Shown: piece by piece, positions 46,081 through 51,740 of the stretch
Position numbering within the stretch: position 1 is the stretch's first letter
Layout: the number at the start of each line of letters is the position of its first letter
Origin: a virus
Taxonomy: Duplodnaviria; Caudoviricetes
Length of the DNA stretch: 51,740 nucleotides
Strand: one strand, 5' to 3'
IMG/VR virus record: IMGVR_UViG_3300044940_000294
Span: 1-51,740 of that record
The notes under the pieces: generated by a model
Told to the model about the DNA's origin: nothing
What the model saw: the letters and a program-made list of their open reading frames with translations, nothing else
The model's database searches: none
Translations under genes and position numbers: made by a program

Positions 46081-48114
46081 ATGGGTTTTCAAGATAATCT
46101 TTTCAAAAGGTGGTTCACACCGTACCATAAAGCCAACGATAGCTACAAAGATGCTAACGGTGTTGGGCTATTGGAACGTATCATACAAGCAATAGGTTGG
46201 GAGTTAGACACCAACGTAATGCCTTATATTGATAACCTTTTTAAAAATACCATTGACCCCAAAAACATACAAGAAAAATTAATTGCTTACCGAGAGCAAG
46301 AATTAGGCGTAAACTTGATGTATGATAATACTCTCCAAAAACGGAGGCAAATTTTGCAGTATTGGTTTCGTATCGTGCAAATAAAAGGCACAAAAAGAGG
46401 GTACGAAGTATGTATCCGCCTAATGAATTTTGAGGGGCTTATCATTTTTACCGTTGATGTTGAAACCTACTTTAACAACCCTATTCCAACGGCTGGGTGT
46501 AATGCGTGCTATGAGTATGATGTCGTGGTTACAGGCTCAAAGTTAATCATAGGCATAGACATTGTAGATGCCTTTTTCAATATTTGCGATTTTAACGAAC
46601 CGATTAACTGCAAATTAAGATACTTCATTTACAATGACACCTATATTCCACGTAAGTTAGTCAATTTCTTTTTCAAAGGCATTGACGACCCTAATTTGTA
46701 TGTGGACATCAAACGTAATCCTACTTTCCAAGCATTTTTTGACACCAATACAGACAATCAAGGTGATTTGTTGCTATTAGGGGACTTTGCAGAGTTTTAC
46801 GAATATGATGACAAATATTTTGCGAATCAAGGCTTTATGATGTATAGAGAGCCTACACCAGCAGCTTATTTGCCTTTTGTAAGCCTTACACCTACGGAAA
46901 TTACTACTACGTCTGCACGCATGAATTGGCAAGCTGCACCGGATGCAACGCATTACGTTGTCAATGTAGGCAGAAATTCAACGTATCAAGGCAATGAATT
47001 GGTTACTGAAAAAGTCATTGATAATTTGAATGTAGGCAATGTTTTGTTTTACAATATCACAGGGCTTATACCTAATACGCCTTACTATTGTCAAGTGTGG
47101 GCTGTAAGGGCAGACGGTAAGCAAGCACTGTCTAACATCAAATCTTTCATTACTTTAAGAGACATAGCTACACCAATAGCTTTAGAGGCTACTAACCTAA
47201 CACCTAACGGCTTTAAAGCTAATTGGCAGGAGGTAAATAATGCAACAAATTATGAAATAGAAATTGCATTAGATAGTGGGTTTACAAATATAGTCCAAAC
47301 TTTTATAGTGGGTAATATTACAAGTTTTGACATATTAATAAACCAAGAATGTTTCTACCGAGTGCGGGCTATTTACCAAAAAATGAGCCTACCAAGCTAC
47401 TCTTCATGGAGCAATACAATTTCAACAAGCATTATGGTAGTAGGAGGGTTAAAATTTGATGGATTGCTGCACCATGTCAATGTGCCGTATAATTCGTATT
47501 TTGACCCATGCGAAAGTATAAAACCATTCACCATCTTTATTGATTTTTATCAAACAGGTGGGCTTAAACTGATACACACCCAATTACCCTCAACAGATAC
47601 GTACAAAGGGTTCTACATCAACATCTATCCTTCAAGTGTTATTTTTGGACACAATATATTGACTACGAGCTGCACTGTTAGCTATTCTCCCCTACACAAT
47701 ACACGAAGAAAATTGGCAATCGTAGCCGATACAGCGAATATGCAGTGGCATTGTTACATTGATGGAGATTTGCAAGGTAGTTTTGCTTATGACTTCATAA
47801 GTCCACAAGCCACAGGTTCTTGGCAAATAGGTGGCTACTTCCGTGACCAAATACTGCAACAATTTAAAGGAGTAATATTCAGCGTGCAATACTTTAACAG
47901 AGCCTTACCATTAGGCGAAGTACAGACACTTACTAATGGAGGCAACGTAACAAGTGGTAAATTATTTGAATATAAATTAGATGAAAACGAGGGCTTTGTC
48001 GCGAAAGATAGTGTGAATAACGTAAATGCTACACTGCAAAATTACACCCTTACACAAGTATCTTTGGGTAGTCAAAACCATTGGGTAGATGAAAACAGAA
48101 ATCCAAAGACATAA
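46081..48114 (+). CDS. baseplate/tail protein I-like with FN3 repeats and LamG-like domain
   Basis: IKGT.RG gpI-like motif; two FN3-like repeats (A.NW...ATHY / ATNY); C-terminal YIDG...WQIG...FKG.I..V.YFNRAL. Confidence 0.75.
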   Translation: MGFQDNLFKRWFTPYHKANDSYKDANGVGLLERIIQAIGWELDTNVMPYIDNLFKNTIDPKNIQEKLIAYREQELGVNLMYDNTLQKRRQILQYWFRIVQIKGTKRGYEVCIRLMNFEGLIIFTVDVETYFNNPIPTAGCNACYEYDVVVTGSKLIIGIDIVDAFFNICDFNEPINCKLRYFIYNDTYIPRKLVNFFFKGIDDPNLYVDIKRNPTFQAFFDTNTDNQGDLLLLGDFAEFYEYDDKYFANQGFMMYREPTPAAYLPFVSLTPTEITTTSARMNWQAAPDATHYVVNVGRNSTYQGNELVTEKVIDNLNVGNVLFYNITGLIPNTPYYCQVWAVRADGKQALSNIKSFITLRDIATPIALEATNLTPNGFKANWQEVNNATNYEIEIALDSGFTNIVQTFIVGNITSFDILINQECFYRVRAIYQKMSLPSYSSWSNTISTSIMVVGGLKFDGLLHHVNVPYNSYFDPCESIKPFTIFIDFYQTGGLKLIHTQLPSTDTYKGFYINIYPSSVIFGHNILTTSCTVSYSPLHNTRRKLAIVADTANMQWHCYIDGDLQGSFAYDFISPQATGSWQIGGYFRDQILQQFKGVIFSVQYFNRALPLGEVQTLTNGGNVTSGKLFEYKLDENEGFVAKDSVNNVNATLQNYTLTQVSLGSQNHWVDENRNPKT

Positions 48115-48118
48115 AGAC

Positions 48119-48454
48119 ATGATAAACAAGTATTATTTAATTCCGTTGTCTTTTGAAACGGAATTACAAAAAGCAATAGAAGACTATAAAGTCATACACC
48201 CTAACGAAAAAGTAAATATAGTAGGGTATTATGTAGAAAGTAATACACCTATACGTGGAGAGAGTACAATACTTTCTGCACAAGGGGTGCCTATTTTATA
48301 CGGCTTTTTAGACGGTTTAAGCAACGTAGAAATGGCTTTGCAATACTTTATTTTGAATACAGACCTTCCTACGCAACTTTCATTTGAGTTTGAACAAAGA
48401 ATGTTAGCAAGAGGTGTAATAGGGTTTGAAAGTTCGGAACAATTACTAAACTAA
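48119..48454 (+). CDS. hypothetical protein (tail fibre-associated)
   Basis: Operon position. Confidence 0.6.
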   Translation: MINKYYLIPLSFETELQKAIEDYKVIHPNEKVNIVGYYVESNTPIRGESTILSAQGVPILYGFLDGLSNVEMALQYFILNTDLPTQLSFEFEQRMLARGVIGFESSEQLLN

Positions 48455-48461
48455 TAAGAAC

Positions 48462-48866
48462 ATGAGTACAACAGCTATTAATGTGGGACCTGCAAGGGCT
48501 ATTGTGTCAAGAGTTACAGCACCCGATGACAAAACTTTATTGTGGCATAGACAAAGTAACCCTACGGTTAATTCTGCTATTGGTATGTTATACTACTTTG
48601 ATTGGGAAGTGGGCGAATGGCTACAATTAAAGCCTGACTCCATCAGCACTCAAAAGAGAGATGTATTTACCGTAAGCACTAACGGACAAGTTGCCTTTAC
48701 ATTATCAGAAACGGCTGTAAGAGCTGATTTGTCTGTAGTCAATACAATACCGGGAGCTGTTTTGGCGTATGGTGAACATTACTCCATTGTAGGTAATACA
48801 CTGACATTAGACCTCCCCTATTCTTTAGAAATAGGCGAAAAGGTAATTATTAACTATTACTATTAA
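48462..48866 (+). CDS. small tail-associated beta protein
   Basis: GQVAFTL...G..Y.IVGNTLTL...LEIGEKVII.Y repeat unit seen in virion proteins. Confidence 0.6.
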   Translation: MSTTAINVGPARAIVSRVTAPDDKTLLWHRQSNPTVNSAIGMLYYFDWEVGEWLQLKPDSISTQKRDVFTVSTNGQVAFTLSETAVRADLSVVNTIPGAVLAYGEHYSIVGNTLTLDLPYSLEIGEKVIINYYY

Positions 48867-48867
48867 A

Positions 48868-48899
48868 AAATAATCCCCTTAAAAATAAGGGGCTTATTT
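48868..48899. terminator. bidirectional terminator
   Basis: AAATAATCCCCTTA-AAAA-TAAGGGGCTTATTT between convergent genes. Confidence 0.7.
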
Positions 48900-48951
48900 C
48901 AATAACAATAATACTTACAACGTAAGTTGTGGCAAAGATAAGAATAAAAAA

Positions 48952-51120
48952 TTAAGAACCAACCCTACCCCTCAAATACAAATCTGTAATAGCAAAATTA
49001 CCATTCATCCCGACATACACCGACAATTTAGGGTTGTTGCTACCAAAAAAAGAAACCCCCCCATTCGGAAGCCATTGCGAAACCCAAATAGCAAACCAAT
49101 TAGCGTCATTAGGGTCATATTGCGTAGCATTGTAGCCCGCCTTTGGACGTATGATTGTTTGGTCGTAATTAGCTTCTGAGGCTTTCAAATGCAAAGCAAA
49201 TTTTTGATAGTCGCCGATGTAATAACCATATCCATTTGGGTTGAAAACACCTTTGTACTCAACCGCATATTGATTTGTAGGATATGCCGTATTTTTGTTT
49301 TTCTCAAACTTGATATATTGTGCAGCCACATTTGGCAAATCTGTAACAGTTAAATTTAAACCCGCAGGAGCAAGAGCCACAAATACCTCACCGTCTTCGC
49401 CTAAATCTTCGGCTAAGGTAGCTATATTTGCCTCTAAAAACGACAGCAAAGCTCCGTAGCTGTCATCTATCACAGATTTGGCAAACCAACTATCCGTAAA
49501 CTCAAAATAACACCAACCCGACCCGCCTGTCTTGCTTATGTCGGTTCGCCCATTGGCATTAATGCTTACTACCCAATCATTGATATCGCCTGTGCCTCCA
49601 TAAGGCAGAAACTGCGAGGGTGCCTTGTCCGTAAATCTGTCATAAGAGAAGTTCAAACCTATGATGTGATTACCACTTGTGCCGCTGTCTTCGTAGGTGA
49701 TTGTGTTAATTACTGATATATCATACTTACCGTACACACTCATGCCCCACGCACCCCCATAAACTTCTAACGTAATCGTTTCATTATCATTTATGGAATA
49801 CGACTCTAAACTAATAGGTACTTGTATGTTAGTATTTGTATTCATAAAATCAAAACCCTTCAAAATAAATGTGGCATATTGCCCAGAACCTACCTCTGGT
49901 CTTTGTACCGTAAGACCTGTTTGCTCCAAAAGTGCAGTAATCAGCGGCGCACCCGATACTATCAATTTGTTGTTGCCACTTGTACCGCTGTCAAAACTAT
50001 TCCCACCGTAGGCATTGATACACACCAAATTGTAAGCCCCACTCATTACCGTATTGTCGCAAGTAACCTCTATGACTACATTAAACCTATCAATGAAATT
50101 GAGCAATGAAATAGCAATGCCTGCGTTATTAGCTGCAAAGGCAGACAGCAACGCAAAACCCTCACCTGTTACCGTCATCTGAATAGTTTGCCCTCTTTTA
50201 GCAAAAGGCGTAACCGTATTTATAGACGCAGCCCCCAAAACCGTAACAGATTGTGCCCAATCATAAAAATTACTATACAAACTATTATTGCGAACCCTCA
50301 AAGGGTGCGTACCTATTAAATTACTTGCCGTAACATTCGCAAGAATAAGATTATGTTTCCTCTTAATATAAATAATACTTTGCAAAGCCTCGCAGATAAT
50401 CTGCACGGGGGCAGGTGTAGCAGTTCTGAAAACCCCCCCATACACAGCTAATATGCCGTTTGTATTTGCCAATAAGACAGCATCACTCCCACCAATGAAT
50501 ACATCATCTACATCTGGATTAGCAATATCCGTAATACTACCACCCCCGCCACCACTGCCCAAAGACACAGGGTCAAGCAACAAATAACCTGTCCCCGCCT
50601 CTTTTGTTAGGGCAGGGTGCGAATTAGGGCTAATCAGCAGTTGTAATTCATTGTTAGCATTCACTTGCAACAAATTAGCTGCATCAGCTGACAGATTCAC
50701 CGCCAAATTTTTGCCTGTAATCTTAATGCCTGTGCCTTGCTCCACATCTCGCCAATCATACACCCTACTAAATTGTTGCGTGTTTGTGCTGTATTCATAC
50801 ACCCCGTTTTCTTCTACGTTTGTTTGGGCAATTAGTAAAACCCTCTCTCTATCCTTTGGCGTGTACCCCGCATAGTTAGGGAAAGACGTATAAGTTTGGG
50901 TAATGTCTATTTCCGAAGTAAATAGTTTTAGCCCTATTGTGTCTAATAAGTCTCTAATTGTGGCTTGTATCGCCTCTTTTTGGTAGAAAAAGAACGATAC
51001 ATAATTGACCAAATGCCAATCCAATGGATGGTTATTTACCATTGGGTATCTCTTTAACTTTTCCCTTTCATCTATACTTTCAGGTTTAATAACCTTACCA
51101 TGTATTGGATAATCTCCCAT
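48952..51120 (-). CDS. tail fibre / receptor-binding protein with two Ig-like (IPT/TIG) repeats
   Basis: ERVLLIAQT..EENGVY fibre motif; Gly linker; two repeats each ending DSGTSGN. Confidence 0.65.
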   Translation of the reverse strand: MGDYPIHGKVIKPESIDEREKLKRYPMVNNHPLDWHLVNYVSFFFYQKEAIQATIRDLLDTIGLKLFTSEIDITQTYTSFPNYAGYTPKDRERVLLIAQTNVEENGVYEYSTNTQQFSRVYDWRDVEQGTGIKITGKNLAVNLSADAANLLQVNANNELQLLISPNSHPALTKEAGTGYLLLDPVSLGSGGGGGSITDIANPDVDDVFIGGSDAVLLANTNGILAVYGGVFRTATPAPVQIICEALQSIIYIKRKHNLILANVTASNLIGTHPLRVRNNSLYSNFYDWAQSVTVLGAASINTVTPFAKRGQTIQMTVTGEGFALLSAFAANNAGIAISLLNFIDRFNVVIEVTCDNTVMSGAYNLVCINAYGGNSFDSGTSGNNKLIVSGAPLITALLEQTGLTVQRPEVGSGQYATFILKGFDFMNTNTNIQVPISLESYSINDNETITLEVYGGAWGMSVYGKYDISVINTITYEDSGTSGNHIIGLNFSYDRFTDKAPSQFLPYGGTGDINDWVVSINANGRTDISKTGGSGWCYFEFTDSWFAKSVIDDSYGALLSFLEANIATLAEDLGEDGEVFVALAPAGLNLTVTDLPNVAAQYIKFEKNKNTAYPTNQYAVEYKGVFNPNGYGYYIGDYQKFALHLKASEANYDQTIIRPKAGYNATQYDPNDANWFAIWVSQWLPNGGVSFFGSNNPKLSVYVGMNGNFAITDLYLRGRVGS

Positions 51121-51198
51121 ATATTGAAAAAATTTATATTTTATTGTAAATATATAGATATTTTAAATAACTTTATTGTTTGAAACAAAAAAATATTT

Positions 51199-51740
51199 AT
51201 GGAAGGATTAGGCTTTGGTTTTACCGTTTCCTTGAATGACTTATTTTCCAATCCTTTGGAAAATATGATTAATAAATTCAAGAAGTTAGAAGGTGTAAGT
51301 CAAGATGTTGTAAAGAAAGTTGAACGGCAATTTGACAATTTTAATATAGGGCAAAATTTAGCAATAGGTGGGACTTTGTTAGCATCTCCATTGGTAGTGG
51401 CTACGTCTGCTGCAATGGATTTTGAGGCTCAATTATCAAGCATAAAGGCGGTTGCAGGCGAAGGAATAGATATGTCAGCTATTCAAAAAACAGCCTTAGA
51501 CGCAGGTAGTCAAACGGCTTTTAGTGCGTTGGAAGCTGCAAAAGGTATGGAAGAGTTGATTAAAGCAGGTATTGATGCCACAACGGTTATTAATGGTGGT
51601 CTTGTCCCAGCATTGAACTTAGCAACGGCAGGGGAATTGAGTGTTGCCGAAGCTGCGGAAATAGCCTCAACAGGAGTCAATGCCTTTGGATTAGAAAAGA
51701 GTGCAGCAAGTATCGAGAGAGTCGGTAATGCCTTATCAGG
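51199..51740 (+). CDS. tail tape measure protein (TP901 family), 5' part, truncated by the window
   Basis: Manual translation MEGLGFGFTVSLND...AMDFEAQLSSIKAVAG...G.QTAFSALEAAKGMEELIKAG...ALNLATAGELSVAEAAEI. Confidence 0.92.
   Translation, partial: MEGLGFGFTVSLNDLFSNPLENMINKFKKLEGVSQDVVKKVERQFDNFNIGQNLAIGGTLLASPLVVATSAAMDFEAQLSSIKAVAGEGIDMSAIQKTALDAGSQTAFSALEAAKGMEELIKAGIDATTVINGGLVPALNLATAGELSVAEAAEIASTGVNAFGLEKSAASIERVGNALS

Noticed and set aside
940-50875. Many antisense or nested ORFs in the track (e.g. 4197-4631, 24708-25268, 42482-42943) and 5' extensions such as 39554, 25535 and 9163
   Set aside because: They shadow well-supported genes or run through promoter/operator DNA and have no recognisable motifs
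46081-51120. Diversity-generating retroelement targeting the fibre genes
   Set aside because: No reverse transcriptase and no adenine-variant TR/VR pair seen in the window

Overview
The whole window is one AT-rich, temperate, contractile-tailed (myovirus-type) phage genome segment. Its host is inferred to be Bacteroidota from TAnnTTTG promoters, a VirE-type primase/helicase, an Arm/SAM-type tyrosine integrase and Bacteroidota-like ThyA, DnaN and DUF1599 sequences. It encodes baseplate, sheath, tube, tape measure (5' part), terminase, a portal-gpF fusion, protease, capsid, a lysis cassette, replication/recombination genes, thyA, dnaN, HU, MazG, an ECF sigma factor and three HTH regulators. Phage genes flank both sides of an attP-like region, suggesting the excised form. 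Virion genes are split into about seven blocks on both strands. The most notable non-coding signals are: (i) a 25-bp palindrome CTTTATTT-N9-AAATAAAG in about a dozen intergenic regions, usually exactly 4 bp from a -7 promoter box; (ii) an origin-like inverted-repeat region; (iii) a D-armless tRNA-like RNA behind an unannotated lipoprotein; (iv) a promoter-to-terminator small RNA/attenuator before an HNH gene; (v) a -1 frameshift tail chaperone far from its tape measure gene. A ParB / ParB-methyltransferase / Cys-protein module is a candidate DNA-modification system. All calls come from manual motif reading, with no database searches.
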